From: an uncultured delta proteobacterium
GTDB lineage: Bacteria; Desulfobacterota; Desulfobacteria; Desulfobacterales; UBA5852
NCBI GenBank assembly: GCA_963850465.1
Contig: CAWKLN010000020.1
Location: forward strand, 20,538-84,537
Direction of reading: 5' to 3'
DNA length: 64,000 nt
The translations under genes and the position numbers were made by a program. Within the stretch, counting starts at the first letter, position 1. Every line of letters starts with the position of its first letter. This document shows positions 1-11,401 of this stretch, one piece after another. A model generated the notes under the pieces. The model ran no database searches. It was given only the letters and a program-made list of their open reading frames with translations, and was not told the DNA's origin.

Positions 1-525
1 AAATAACCCGATATCGAGTTCGGATGCGGCCAGGCTGCGCAGGCAGGCATTGATATTTTCCTGGGCTTTGACCGCATGGATGTCGCCGGGATAATCCCTC
101 ACCAGACGGCCAAAAATCTCCAGCGCTTTGCGGGTCGAAACCTGATCCCGGTCCGGCGTACTGATCTGTTCGAAATAGCACATGCCGGTCTGGTAAATGA
201 CATAGGGAATGGCTTCATTGCGGGGATGCAGGCTCTCAAATTCTTCGTAGGCGAATATCGCCTCTTCGTAGTTGCCCAGACGATAGTTGGCATCCGCAAT
301 TTTAAGTTCCGCCAGTTTGGCGTATTCACTGTAGGGATACCAGTCTTTTAGCTTTTCAAACGCTTCCCTGGCGCCCTCGTAGTCGCCGCTCTCGTAATCG
401 TCGATGCCGTCCCAGGCCAGTGTCTGGGCGGTCTCATCGTCTTCGCCCTCCCAGAAAATATCGAAGATGGCGCATCCCGAACAAATGAAAGGGATGATCA
501 AGCAAAGTGTGAGCAGTCGTTTCAT
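1..525 (-). CDS. bamD: BamD-like TPR outer-membrane assembly lipoprotein; the N-terminal ~175 aa are present and the 3' end runs off the window
   Basis: My own minus-strand translation from the ATG at 523-525 gives MKRLLTLCLIIPFICSGC, a lipobox. It continues with TPR-like YEGAREAFEKLKDWYPYSEYAKLAELKIADANYRLGNYEEAIFAYEEF...RDYPG. The ORF is absent from the ORF track because it has no stop inside the window. Confidence 0.75.
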   Translation of the reverse strand, partial: MKRLLTLCLIIPFICSGCAIFDIFWEGEDDETAQTLAWDGIDDYESGDYEGAREAFEKLKDWYPYSEYAKLAELKIADANYRLGNYEEAIFAYEEFESLHPRNEAIPYVIYQTGMCYFEQISTPDRDQVSTRKALEIFGRLVRDYPGDIHAVKAQENINACLRSLAASELDIGLF

Positions 526-640
526 GGGGTCCTGTCGGGGTCGCGCCCCATTTTCCAGCCCATAGCACGATCAGGCCGAAAACCTGCGGGCGACAGCGCC
601 ACAGGCGCCTGCCCCCCGCACGGGTCTGTCTTCTTCATAT

Positions 641-967
641 TTAAATCAGTTTTCCGAGCGACTCTTCCAGTTTGGTTCTGGCCACCATGCCGGTGATCTG
701 GTCAATAACATCGCCGCCTTTAAAGAAAATCAATGTCGGAATCGCTTTGATGCCGTATTTCCCCGGTGTCGCGGGGTTGTCATCGACATTGCATTTCATG
801 AACTTGACCCGCCCCTGGTAATTGCCGGCCAACTCTTCTACAACGGGTCCAATGGCTTTGCAGGGCCCGCACCAGGGCGCCCAGAAATCCACCATCACGG
901 GGGTATCGGATTGCAGTACTTCGGTCTCAAAGCGTGCGTCATCAATTTCCATTACATTCTCTGCCAT
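641..967 (-). CDS. trxA: Thioredoxin
   Basis: 108 aa with the canonical WCGPC active site and a thioredoxin-length fold. Confidence 0.95.
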   Translation of the reverse strand: MAENVMEIDDARFETEVLQSDTPVMVDFWAPWCGPCKAIGPVVEELAGNYQGRVKFMKCNVDDNPATPGKYGIKAIPTLIFFKGGDVIDQITGMVARTKLEESLGKLI

Positions 968-1177
968 ATCATAGTTTCCTCTCTGGCGATTTTAAAATCA
1001 AATACTGCGAAATTATACGCACACCGCTATTGGTTGTCAACTGTGTAAAAACCCGCTAAGCCAGTACTATTAAGGCTTTTCAAGAACCACAGGCGTTTGA
1101 CAGCCTCGCATGCATCTGTTACCAATTCCGAACACGGCAATCCGCTGTCATCACCTTTAATCCACGGAGGGCTGAGC

Positions 1178-1946
1178 ATGAATCCGAACCTTCGCATCGG
1201 GGCACTTATTTCCGGTGGCGGCACGAATCTGCAGGCCGTCATCGATGCCTGCGAGAACCATTCTATTGGCGGCCAGGTCGTTTTCGTGGGAACCGACAAT
1301 CCGGAAGCCAGGGGCCTGGAGCGTGCCCGCCGCCACGGCATCCCATCCTTCGTGGTGGATTACGGCGCCATCCTGCAAAACTACCGCCATGACCCCGCCC
1401 GCCAACCCCTTCCCGACGATTTCGATTTCGAGGACACGCAGAAAAAATGCGGCCTCTTTCCGCCGGGGACAAAACCGGAGCGTATCCGCCTATTTCTTGA
1501 AACCCGCGCCATCGCCGAGGCCGCTTTAATCGAGGCCATGCAGCCCTACCCCTTACGACCTTCTGATTCTGGCCGGCTTCATGCGCAACCTGACACCCTA
1601 TTTCATCGACCGGGTCAATCACGATCGTGACCGCCCACGCATCATGAACATCCACCCCGCGCTCCTGCCGTCCTTCCCGGGGGTGGACGGCTACGGCGAC
1701 ACCTTCAATTATGGCTGCAAAGTCGGGGGCTGTACCGTGCACTTCATCGATTACGGGGAGGATACGGGACCCATTATCGGTCAGCGGGCCTTTCCCATCC
1801 AACCGGGGGATACGCTGGACACGATCAAGAAAAACGGCCTGATTGAAGAATGGAAACTCTACCCGCACTGCATCGAGCTCTTTGGAAGGGGGAAACTGAA
1901 AGTCGTTGAAACGCCCCGTCGGCGCATCGTGGCCATCGCGCCCTGA
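1178..1946 (+). pseudogene. purN: Phosphoribosylglycinamide formyltransferase PurN, split by an apparent +1 frame change near 1549-1552
   Basis: The ATG at 1178 has a GGAGG 8 nt upstream. The N-terminus reads RIGALISGGGTNLQAVIDA. The second frame carries DLLILAGFMRNL, NIHPALLPSFPG and CTVHFIDYGEDTGPII. The two ORFs (1097..1630 and 1581..1946) join at a C4 run. Confidence 0.85.
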
Positions 1947-1972
1947 ACCCATCCCATCCGAGGCACCGGTGG

Positions 1973-3143
1973 TCAGATCCCCTGCAACACGCGCACAATC
2001 ATGGGAAAAGCCACGAAGGTTCCGATCGAGCTGCCCAGGTTGGTAAACACCACCACCAGCAGGACGCGGGTGACCTTGTTGGTCCAGAACCCCCGGACCG
2101 AACGAATGTCGTCCTGAAGCGACTCGAAATCACGCACCTTGGGTTTGCGGGAAATCGTTTCCACCAGGCCGGACACCCAGCCGGCCGCGATCATCGGGTT
2201 TAAGGACGTCAGCGGTGCCGACAGCACCGACGATAAAATGGTCAGCGGATGGCCCCAGGCAATCAAGGCACCCATTCCGGCCAGCAGTCCGTTGGCGGCA
2301 ACCCACCACAGGATCATGTCGGATCCGGCCTTGGCACCGCCCGCATAGAACCCAGTAGATAAAAAGCCCCAGAATGACCGCCGGAAGCCCCCATTTAATG
2401 ACGCCGGTGAGACGGCTCTTCGGTGGCAAGCCTTCCAGTGCGGCCAGATCCGTATCGGACGACCAGTAGCGTTTGATGCCGGGTACATGGCCGGCGCCCA
2501 CCACGGCAACGATCTGCGATCCGGGGGCTTCCTTGATCTTCTGCGCCAGATAGCGATCGCGCTCGTCGATCAGGATCTCCCGGATCACCGGTTGTGAGGC
2601 ACCGATTTCCTCCAGGAGGGCATTCAGAACATCCTCCTGTTTCATGCGCTCGATGTCTTCCTGACTCAGGTCATCCACCTCTCCCAGGGACAGCAGCAGC
2701 TGGTACAAAAGCTTCACCTTGTCCCACAGCCCCATGCTGCGCCAGGTACGGGACAGGGTCACCCGGATATCGCGATCGGCCAGCCAGACCTGGGCGCCGG
2801 CGGCCTCGGCCGCCTCCACCGCGGTAATCATCTCCTGGCCCGGTTTGATATCCATGCGATCGGCAATCCGTTTCTGAAAACTGGCCAGAATCAGATTCGA
2901 CAGCAGTAAAAAGGCTTTTTTCTCTTTGACAACCTTGATAATGTCCATTTCCTGCCAGCGGGACTTCTGGCGGACGGACTGCAGCCGCGATTCGCAAAGC
3001 TCCACGCAGACCGTATCCGGTTGTTCCGTTTCGATGGTCTGGCGGACAAGGTCGGCACTTTCCTGGGATACATGGGCGGTACCAATCAAGATGACGGTGC
3101 GCCCGTCCCATTCCAGCCGATGAATATGGGTATTGTCAGTCAT
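1973..3143 (-). pseudogene. TraB/GumN family protein, split by an apparent frame change near 2345-2366
   Basis: The N-terminal part (ORF 2130..3197, likely ATG at 3143) reads TVILIGTAHVSQESADLV...VGAGHVPGI. The C-terminal membrane part (ORF 1973..2509) continues GFYAGGAKAGSDMILWWVAANG in another frame. Confidence 0.8.
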
Positions 3144-3301
3144 GATGCTCCTATTCTGGTCACACGAAAGCAATAAAGATATGACATAACCGCGCACGGC
3201 GCAATATGAAAACCATATCCGGCGAGGATGGCGGACCTCTTTTCAAAGTGGATCAAATACGATAGGTTCGCAGGCGTCCGCACACCAAGGAGAGAAATCG
3301 C

Positions 3302-4117
3302 ATGAAGGCAACCATGCCAGCGCTGGCATCACAGCATCTTATCGACGCCCCCCCCTATTACTTGAGTACCAACGACGAGGTTCAGCAGTTTGAGGCCGCT
3401 TTCAGCGCAAGGCTCCCGGTCATGCTCAAAGGCCCCACCGGATGCGGTAAAACCCGTTTCGTCGCCTTCATGGCGCACCGCCTGGGACGTCCCTTGATAA
3501 CCGTATCCTGTCACGAGGACCTGTTTGCCTCCGATATGCTGGGCCGCTACCTCCTTAAAAACGATGAAACCGTTTGGGTGGACGGCCCCCTCACGACGGC
3601 TGTGCGCACGGGGGCCATCTGTTACCTGGACGAAATCGTGGAGGCCCGCAAGGACACCACGGTCGTCATCCATCCCCTGACGGACGACCGCCGGCAGCTT
3701 TCCATCGATAAAAAAGGCGAAATAATCACGGCCCATCCGGATTTCATGATGGTCATCTCCTTCAACCCGGGGTATCAGTCAATCCTTAAAGATCTGAAGC
3801 AAAGTACCCGGCAACGGTTCATCAGCCTGGTTTTTCGCTACCCCGACGAAGCCCGCGAAACCGAAATCGTGGCGCATGAAGGCGGCATCGATCCGGCCAT
3901 TGCCGCCCGCCTGGTGGCCCTCGCGACACGCATCCGGCGTATTCGTGAACAGGGCTTGACCGAAGGCACCAGCACGCGCCTCCTGATCTATGCCGCGTTG
4001 CTGATCCGGGGCGGCATCGACCCTGTCCAGGCATGCCGTTCCGCCATCTGCCAGCCCCTGACAGACGATGAGCGCCTGCAGGAAACCATGGAAGAACTCA
4101 TCCGGGATTTTTTCTAA
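3302..4117 (+). CDS. CbbQ/NirQ/NorQ/GpvN-family MoxR-like AAA+ ATPase
   Basis: 271 aa. Walker A is [10 protein letters not shown] and Walker B is [10 protein letters not shown]. Length and sequence are typical of the Q-type ATPase family. Confidence 0.9.
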   Translation: MKATMPALASQHLIDAPPYYLSTNDEVQQFEAAFSARLPVMLKGPTGCGKTRFVAFMAHRLGRPLITVSCHEDLFASDMLGRYLLKNDETVWVDGPLTTAVRTGAICYLDEIVEARKDTTVVIHPLTDDRRQLSIDKKGEIITAHPDFMMVISFNPGYQSILKDLKQSTRQRFISLVFRYPDEARETEIVAHEGGIDPAIAARLVALATRIRRIREQGLTEGTSTRLLIYAALLIRGGIDPVQACRSAICQPLTDDERLQETMEELIRDFF

Positions 4118-4123
4118 CCGGTC

Positions 4124-6870
4124 ATGACCACCGACAACACCTTTGACGCGCTGATCGCCTTGGACCCCGAACTGGCCGCCGCCCTTGAGACGGCCGGCGC
4201 GCAATCCGGGACCACCCTTTCACCGGCCACCGTTGCGGACATCATCGACACGCTCTTACGGGGTATCAGCAGGAAATCCACTTCGGCCAGAGCCTGGCCG
4301 AGGGTTACGGCCAAATCCTGAAAGACGGCACCCCCGAAACCGTGGCGGTCTTCGGTCGCGAAATCCGAAAGGCCGCCCACCGCAGCGCCGCCCTGGGACG
4401 CAACCTGGCCATCGTTCTGCCGCCGGTACTGCTGACCCACGACAACGATCTCCTGGCCGCCTTCCAGAAAACCCTGGCGATCCTGTTAGCAAAAGGTGAC
4501 TATCTGGTCAGAGCACCCCTGGAAGGGCTGCTGCCCCTCGTCGCCACCCATGACGACAGCGGCCACGCCTACCTGGAACTCCTGCAGGCCGTTTTTGACC
4601 GCGCCCTTTCTTACAATCGCTGTCAGTACATGGGGCATCTGCTCCCGCGCACGATTCAGCAACTGCCCGCGGCCCGGCGCAACGTCCAGATTCGGCAGAT
4701 GACACGCCTTGTCAACGCCGATCTGAACCTGATCGAGCCCTATCTGGAGGGCTTGTCGCAGGGCTTGGATCTGTTGTCGGCGGCAGCCCTGCAACGGTTT
4801 GTCGATCAGGGGCTGGATCGGTTGGGTCGTGATCCACAGGCGACCCGTCGGTTTCTGTCGCTGCGCTCAGGACACGGTCGGGAAACATGCCGGTCGTTGC
4901 AGACCGCCGTTACGCTGGCCAGTGCGCGGACCCGCTTGAACCGCTATCTGCAGGCCCGGACCGGACAAACCGGTCGTGTCCGTCCCCTTTCCGCAATCCG
5001 CCGTCCTCAGGACAGTCCGGTGCCGGGGGGTATGCAATCCGGTACCGATGGCGTTCATCTTTATCTTCCGGATGCCGTGGACTGTTTTGCATCTCGGACG
5101 GAAAATGCCCGCCTGCTGAATTTTATGGCCAAGTTTGAAGCCGGCCTGATGGAGTTTGACACCTTTGCTTTCGATCTCGAACGGGCCCGGGACCTGGGCT
5201 GCCTGACGGACCCGCAGCCCGTCCCCGCAACCAGGCCCGCCGAAGCGATGTCGGATTTTTCCACGTTCAGCCGGCGTTTTGATAACCCCCGGCTGGCCCT
5301 GGATCTGTTCACCATCTTCGAGCACGCCCGCATCCGTGTGCGTCTGACCCACGCCTACCCCGGCCTCGTCCGCGACGGCCTGCCGCTTTTCCAGGACGCC
5401 CTGCGGTCGCAGACCGAACAGGCAACCCCGGCCCCCTTTCTGGATGTCTGCTACGGGGTCCTGGCCCTAAACCTTCCGATACCGGGCGGAATCGCCAACG
5501 ACCCGACAGCGTCCGCATTGATTGGTGATCTGGCCCGGCGCTTCGCCGCCAACGATCCGCTGACCATGCGGGTCGAGCACTGTGCCGGCCTGGTCACACA
5601 GTGCTACGAGCGGGTCCGGCAGATGCTTGCGACCGGGCCCGTCTCACCGGCCCCCCTGTCCCCACCCTACCGGCGGCCGCTGCAAGCGGAACGCATCGAT
5701 GCGGCCGGCCGTGATGCCGACCAGCAGGCCGGCCGGCTGTTGGAACGTCTCAGGTCCTGCGGGCTGAAAATCTATCGGGGCGATCTGCGTCAATTGCTGC
5801 AGCATGCGGCCGGCCGCCCCACGGCCGCGGCCATTGAAAAGCTTGTATGCCGGCCGCCGGCATCCAGGGACGAAACCGGCACCGACCATATCCCCCCACC
5901 GGTGGTTCCGGTGCCGGCCAATATCCTGGATCCGGCGGAACTGCCCGGTGGCATCGAGGACCCCGCCGATGTCGACCGCATCACCTGGCAAAAAGAATGG
6001 AACGCCCTGATCGGCGATTACCTGCATGATCACGTGCGCGTGCGGGACCGTCGTCTGGGAGGCACGGATACAACTTTTTATGAAACCATTCTGGCCCAAT
6101 GTGATGGGCTGGTGCGCCAGATCAGGAACGCTTTCGAACTGCTGCGCCCGGAAGGCATCAGCATCCTGCGGCCGTGGGTCGAGGGCGATGAATTCGATTA
6201 CCGCGCCCTGCTGGATGTCGCCCTGGACCGCAAAGCCGGCCTTCTGCCTTCCGACCGCGTTTATATCAAACGGGTCAAACAGCGCCGCGATGTCGCCGTC
6301 ATGCTCCTGGTTGACCTTTCCCGCTCGACGTCAAATATTGTGGAAGGCGCCCTTGGGTCGGTGCTCGACGTCGCCAAGGAGGCCATTGTCCTTTTCACCC
6401 AGGCCCTGGAGGTCGTGGGAGACGCCTATGCCCTGGCTGGTTTTTCCGGCACGGGACGCCTGGGGGTGGATTTTTTCCGCATCAAGGGATTTGACGAACC
6501 GCTCAATGCCCGGGTCAAAGGAACCATCGGCGCCTTGACCCCACAGCGCAACACACGCATGGGGGCCGCTGTTCGGCGCGCAACCAGAGAACTGATGGCC
6601 CAGGAAAACCGGGTGCGGCTGCTGATGCTGATCGGTGACGGATTTCCCAACGACATTGAATACAAGGGGCATTATGCCGTGCAGGACACACGCCAGGCCA
6701 TTGCCGAAGCCCGCAGCCACGGCATTATCACCCAGGCCATTACGGTCAATCTGCCGGCCAGTCCCCAGTTGGATGACCTGTATGGTGCGGTACGCCATTC
6801 CGTCATCTCTGAGGTCCGCGAATTACCGGACAAGCTGCTGCGTCTCTATGGGACGCTGACACGCATCTGA
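4124..6870 (+). pseudogene. NorD/CbbO-like protein with a C-terminal von Willebrand factor A domain; the N-terminal 45 aa are in another frame (frame change at the G4 run 4260-4263)
   Basis: The C-terminal VWA domain has the MIDAS motif VMLLVDLSRSTS and LLMLIGDGFPND. ORF 4124..4321 (MTTDNTFDALIALDPELAAALE) runs into ORF 4342..6870, whose frame is already open and protein-like from about 4264 (YQQEIHFGQSLAEGYGQILKDG). Confidence 0.75.
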
Positions 6871-6883
6871 ACAGGAGGCACGT

Positions 6884-7330
6884 TTGGTTGTCTACGACGG
6901 CATTTTCGAGTGGGAAGGCTGGGGGGGGCGGCTCAAGCTGGCCAAGGGCCGCTGCCGTCTGAGGATCTACGACATCAACCGTTCCGGCCACCCAGAAGTC
7001 CTCCATCTGCGGCCAATGGTCGTCGTGGCCTCCAACCTGCCCCGGGAAGGCATGATGAAGGGCGAAGTCTCGGTGAGAAGCGCCGCAAGCCACATTGCCA
7101 CCGTGGTCAGCCGGAAATTCAATATCGACCCTCCACGTATGCAGTTTGTCGAATATACCCCCAGCGAAACCTATGGCAAAAACAAAGAATATCTCATCGC
7201 GGCCGCCTATGACGCGGTGGAATTCACCTGGCAGGACGGGCTGGCGCTGTTTCCCCGAATGAAACCCCTCGACAAGGCGCTCATCGCGACCTTGCAGGAA
7301 TGGGTGGAACAGAGCCCGGCCAACGAATGA
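6884..7330 (+). CDS. Hypothetical protein (148 aa) immediately downstream of the Q/O-type ATPase-VWA pair
   Basis: TTG start with an AGGAGG 6 nt upstream (6872-6877). I recognised no family. Confidence 0.6.
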   Translation: MVVYDGIFEWEGWGGRLKLAKGRCRLRIYDINRSGHPEVLHLRPMVVVASNLPREGMMKGEVSVRSAASHIATVVSRKFNIDPPRMQFVEYTPSETYGKNKEYLIAAAYDAVEFTWQDGLALFPRMKPLDKALIATLQEWVEQSPANE

Positions 7331-7701
7331 TCGCTCGTCCAGTCCAGCAGGGGACCGTGCTTGCGTAAAACCGGCACGATATCGGCTCTGGGCCCTCTCC
7401 CAGACTAAAGCCGCGGCCAAACCATCCATCTCTCCGGCTTGACGAGGGCTTGAAGCACCTCTATTTTAGGTTATACCACCCTATGGTGAATGCACCACCG
7501 GGGCACGCACGATGCGGTCCCTGAATTCGAGCGGAGGACAATCCTCCGATCCCCATGCGCGACACGCCATCGTTTCAATCTGGCCGGCAGACCTACCATT
7601 GCTCTGACATTCCCCCCAACGCCTCGACGGGACGCCATCCCCGCCCCCCCTCGTGCACCCATCGGACCTTTATGCCTTCGGGCATCACGAAAGGAGGGCT
7701 T

Positions 7702-8439
7702 ATGCTAACGAAAAGCCGATCCATCGAACAGATCATCGAAGAGCAGGTGCGCAAATGGCAGCTTTCCCAAACCACGCCTAAAACGGAAGTCCCTTTCCGG
7801 CCGATCGTGACCATTTCACGCGAGCCGGGCAGCGGCGGCAATGTCATCGGAGATCGTCTGGCGCGGCGCCTGGGCCTGGACCTTTTCCATCAGAATGTGA
7901 TCCACGCCATGGCCAAGAGCGCCAAGGTCAGCGCCCGGCTTCTGGAGACGCTGGATGAAAAGGGCTTGTCGATTTTGGACGACTGGATGGCCTACCTGGT
8001 AGACGCCCGCCACATGTGGCCGGATCAGTATATCAAACATCTGATGAAAGTCATCGGGGCCATCGGGCGCCATGGCGGGGCCGTTCTGATCGGGCGCGGA
8101 GCGAATTTCATCCTCCCCCCGGAACGCCATTTCAGCGTCAGGGTCATCGCCCCTTTTGAGATGCGCGCCGCCAACGTGGCCCGCAATCACCAGGTCACGG
8201 AAAAGGAGGCCCGCACCCGCATCACCAAAACCGATTCCCAGCGACGGGCGTTTATCCGCAAGTATTTTAACACCAGCATCGCCGATCCCATCCATTACAG
8301 CATGGTGATCAACACCGGTAGCGCCTCCATCGACGGGGCGGTGGAAGCCATCGCGGCCTTTCTGGGAATGACGGCGGCCGGGAAAACCCCGGAACGGGCC
8401 CGGAAGCACCCCGCGGCGGTTCCTTCGATCAAGTCATAG
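7702..8439 (+). CDS. Cytidylate kinase-like family protein
   Basis: The ATG at 7702 follows AAGGAGG. The ITISREPGSGGNVIGDRLARRLGL motif is typical of the cytidylate-kinase-like (P-loop-like) family. Confidence 0.8.
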   Translation: MLTKSRSIEQIIEEQVRKWQLSQTTPKTEVPFRPIVTISREPGSGGNVIGDRLARRLGLDLFHQNVIHAMAKSAKVSARLLETLDEKGLSILDDWMAYLVDARHMWPDQYIKHLMKVIGAIGRHGGAVLIGRGANFILPPERHFSVRVIAPFEMRAANVARNHQVTEKEARTRITKTDSQRRAFIRKYFNTSIADPIHYSMVINTGSASIDGAVEAIAAFLGMTAAGKTPERARKHPAAVPSIKS

Positions 8440-8464
8440 GCCGCGAGGGCCGAAAGCGCATATT

Positions 8465-8641
8465 TTAAAAATCAAAGTCAAAACGACGCATGTCGCCACC
8501 CAATACCCGCGCCTTGTCCGGATCGACGGTGGGGCAGTTCGCGGCAATATCCTGGTCCCGCCGGGCGATGCAGTGCACCGAAACGAAGCTGAGATTACCG
8601 TCGGCCCGGAAAATATCCCGGGTATAACTTTTGAGCAGCAT
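8465..8641 (-). CDS. Small hypothetical protein (58 aa) at the 3' end of the ars cluster
   Basis: My own translation is MLLKSYTRDIFRADGNLSFVSVHCIARRDQDIAANCPTVDPDKARVLGGDMRRFDFDF. A strong GAGGAGGAGGG lies 4 nt upstream of the ATG. The ORF falls below the 60-aa cut-off of the ORF track. Confidence 0.35.
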   Translation of the reverse strand: MLLKSYTRDIFRADGNLSFVSVHCIARRDQDIAANCPTVDPDKARVLGGDMRRFDFDF

Positions 8642-8683
8642 CGCCCTCCTCCTCGCATCAAACGGCCGGAACCGGCCTCCGTC

Positions 8684-9778
8684 CTATGGCCCCGCCGTCT
8701 TGCGGGTTATGTGGGTGAGACCCGCCGGAGTTTCGATAACCACCGTAAAATACTTGCGCTTGAACCACAGGGCGACATGGACCAGGCTGATCAGGACCGG
8801 CACCTCCACCAGGGGACCGATCACGGCGGCAAAGGCCTGGCCCGAATCAATGCCGAAGACCGCCACCGCCACGGCGATGGCCAGCTCGAAATTGTTGGAG
8901 GCGGCCGTAAAGCTCAAGGTGGCGGATTGCTCGTAGGTGGCGCCGGCCTTCATGGACAGCACAAACGAGACGAAGAACATCACGACGAAATAGATGCCGA
9001 GCGGCATGGCGATCCGCACGACGTCCAGGGGCAGTTGGACGATGTATTCGCCCTTGAGGGAGAACATCACCAGGATGGTGAACAGCAGCGCCATCAGGGT
9101 CATGGGGCTGATTTTGGGGATGAATTTTTCTTCGTACCACTGGCGCCCGCGGGTCTTCAGGCCGATCAGGCGCGAAAGCATGCCGGCGATAAACGGGATG
9201 CCCAGGTAGATAAAGACGCTCTCGGCGATCTGGCCGATGGAAATGTCCACCACCGCCCCCTGGATGCCCAGCCAGCGCGGCGCCAGCGTAATGAAAAAAT
9301 AGGCGTAGACCGAGAAAAAAAGCACCTGGAAGATGGAGTTGAAGGCCACCAGACCGGCGCAGTATTCCCGGTCGCCGCCGGCCAGATCGTTCCACACGAT
9401 GACCATGGCGATGCAGCGGGCCAGGCCGATCAGGATCAGCCCCACCATGTATTCCGGGTACCCGGCAAGCAAGGCGATGGCCAGGACGAACATCAGAACG
9501 GGCCCGATCACCCAGTTCTGGACCAGGGACAGCAGGAGCACTTTCACATTGCGGAAGACCTGGCCCAGCTCCTCGTAGCGCACCTTGGCCAGGGGCGGAT
9601 ACATCATCAGAATCAGGCCGATGGCGATGGGAATGTTGGTGGTGCCCACCTGGAAATGGTTGATGACGGTCTTGATGCCCGGGAAGCGAATAGCCGGCCA
9701 GACCCCGACGAACATGGCCAGAAAGATCCACAGGGTCAGAAAGCGGTCCAGGAACGAAAGCTTTTTGATCTGCGACAC
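8684..9778 (-). CDS. acr3: ACR3-family arsenite efflux transporter
   Basis: [20 protein letters not shown]...[14 protein letters not shown]...[14 protein letters not shown] is typical of ACR3. The likely start is the GTG at 9778, 6 nt after AGGAGG. The ORF track extends to the TTG at 9784. Confidence 0.9.
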   Translation of the reverse strand: MSQIKKLSFLDRFLTLWIFLAMFVGVWPAIRFPGIKTVINHFQVGTTNIPIAIGLILMMYPPLAKVRYEELGQVFRNVKVLLLSLVQNWVIGPVLMFVLAIALLAGYPEYMVGLILIGLARCIAMVIVWNDLAGGDREYCAGLVAFNSIFQVLFFSVYAYFFITLAPRWLGIQGAVVDISIGQIAESVFIYLGIPFIAGMLSRLIGLKTRGRQWYEEKFIPKISPMTLMALLFTILVMFSLKGEYIVQLPLDVVRIAMPLGIYFVVMFFVSFVLSMKAGATYEQSATLSFTAASNNFELAIAVAVAVFGIDSGQAFAAVIGPLVEVPVLISLVHVALWFKRKYFTVVIETPAGLTHITRKTAGP

Positions 9779-9916
9779 CCGCAACCTCCTTCAATTTTTT
9801 TCAGGTTCACCGGGCGGCCTCGCCAAGACGCCGACCCTTCCATCAGGCCCAAACCCTTCAAATGGGATCGGTTATGATTGCATCCTTCGTCATCACCAGT
9901 GGATAGGTCGTTGGGG

Positions 9917-11014
9917 TCACCCCAAGACCGCGTTGAAAAGAAAGCCCACAAAAAGAATGCCCGTGGCCACGACGGCAATGAAAATAGCGATCAAGCGGGG
10001 TTTGAGGACCTTGCGCAGGATCACCATTTCCGGCAGGGACAGCGCAATCACCGACATCATGAAGGCCAGGGTCGACCCCAGGGCCGCCCCTTTGCCCAGC
10101 AGGGCCTCCACCACCGGAATGATGCCGGCGGCGTTGGAATACATGGGCACCCCCAGAATCACCGCCAGGGGAACGGACCACCAATCGCCCTTGCCCATGA
10201 CGGAGGCCATGAAGCCTTCCGGTACGAAGCCGTGAATCCCGGCACCGACGGCGATGCCCAGCAGGACGTACATCCACACCCGGCCGAAGATCTCCACCAC
10301 GGCATCCTTGCCGTACACCAGGCGGTCCCACAGGGTCAGGCGGTTTTCCACCGGGCTGTCCCCCACCGCGGTCATCTGCTGCACCCAGTCTTCGACATGG
10401 TGCTCCAATTTCAGGCGGCCGATCACCCAGCCGGCACCGATGGCGATACTCAACCCGGTCGCGGCATACAGGGTCGCCACCTGCCAGCCCACCAGCCCGT
10501 AAAGCAGACCCAGAGCGATTTCGTTGACCATGGGGGCTGCGATCAGGAAGGAGAAGGTCACGCCCAGGGGGACGCCCGCCGTCACGAACCCGATAAACAG
10601 CGGCACCGCCGAACACGAGCAGAACGGGGTGACAATGCCCAGCAGGGCGGCCAGCACGTTGCCGGCCAAGAGGCTGCGGCCGGCCAGCAGCGCCCGGGTG
10701 CGCTCGGGGGAAAAATAGCTGCGGATGACGCCCACGCCGAACACCACCAGCACCAGGAGCATCATCACTTTGGGCGTGTCGTAGAGAAAGAACTCCACCG
10801 AGGCCCCCAGGTGCGAGCCCGGCGTGAACGGCAGCAGGCGGTAGGTGAGCAATCGTGAAAACGCCGCCAGATGCGTGTAGACCAGCCACCAGAGGGCCAT
10901 CCCCAGAGGGGCGGCCAGCAGCAGCATCCAGGTCGGCCGGGAGTGATTCGTCTCAGCCGTCCCGGCAGGCCGCACCTGGCAGGCGCAAGACGTTTCTTCC
11001 ATCGGTTTTAACAT
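9917..11014 (-). CDS. arsP: COG0701/UPF0718 permease, ArsP-like (putative organoarsenical efflux permease)
   Basis: A multi-TM protein with the TPFCSCSAVPLF motif. It sits between the thioredoxin-like gene and acr3. Confidence 0.75.
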   Translation of the reverse strand: MLKPMEETSCACQVRPAGTAETNHSRPTWMLLLAAPLGMALWWLVYTHLAAFSRLLTYRLLPFTPGSHLGASVEFFLYDTPKVMMLLVLVVFGVGVIRSYFSPERTRALLAGRSLLAGNVLAALLGIVTPFCSCSAVPLFIGFVTAGVPLGVTFSFLIAAPMVNEIALGLLYGLVGWQVATLYAATGLSIAIGAGWVIGRLKLEHHVEDWVQQMTAVGDSPVENRLTLWDRLVYGKDAVVEIFGRVWMYVLLGIAVGAGIHGFVPEGFMASVMGKGDWWSVPLAVILGVPMYSNAAGIIPVVEALLGKGAALGSTLAFMMSVIALSLPEMVILRKVLKPRLIAIFIAVVATGILFVGFLFNAVLG

Positions 11015-11070
11015 GGCAACACCTTATTATCAGCCCCCTTTAATACCTTGGGGGAATCGATTCACATCAT

Positions 11071-11301
11071 TTACTTCAGCCAGCCGGCAATCTCGTCTTT
11101 TTTAGGAATCTTGCCGGTGGATTTGATTTCGCCGTCCACCATCACGGCCGGTGTGGACACCACACCGTAGCCGGCGATCTGCATCATGTCGGTCACCTTT
11201 TCCACACGGGCATCGACGCCGGTGTCCGCCACCACCGCCTGCACCAGCTTGGCGGTTTTTTCACAGCGTGCACACCCGGGACCCAAAATCTTGATTTCCA
11301 T
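11071..11301 (-). CDS. Thioredoxin-like small redox protein (MTH895/ArsE-type)
   Basis: 76 aa, MEIKILGPGCARCEK with a CxxC motif. This family is commonly found in ars operons. Confidence 0.85.
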   Translation of the reverse strand: MEIKILGPGCARCEKTAKLVQAVVADTGVDARVEKVTDMMQIAGYGVVSTPAVMVDGEIKSTGKIPKKDEIAGWLK

Positions 11302-11401
11302 CGTGTCTGCTCCTTAGAGAGTAGGGTCGCAACATCACAATTTCTCACCGGACGCATCCCTGCGCCCGCTACCATATTACCATTATTACATATATTGTCG
11401 G

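Noticed and set aside
8573-10889. Long ORFs (434, 343, 326 and 315 aa) overlapping the acr3 and arsP-like genes on the opposite strand or in other frames.
   Set aside because: Their translations are low-complexity (H/D/G/R/P-rich), which is typical of shadow ORFs in GC-rich DNA. The acr3 and permease frames have clear family signatures instead.
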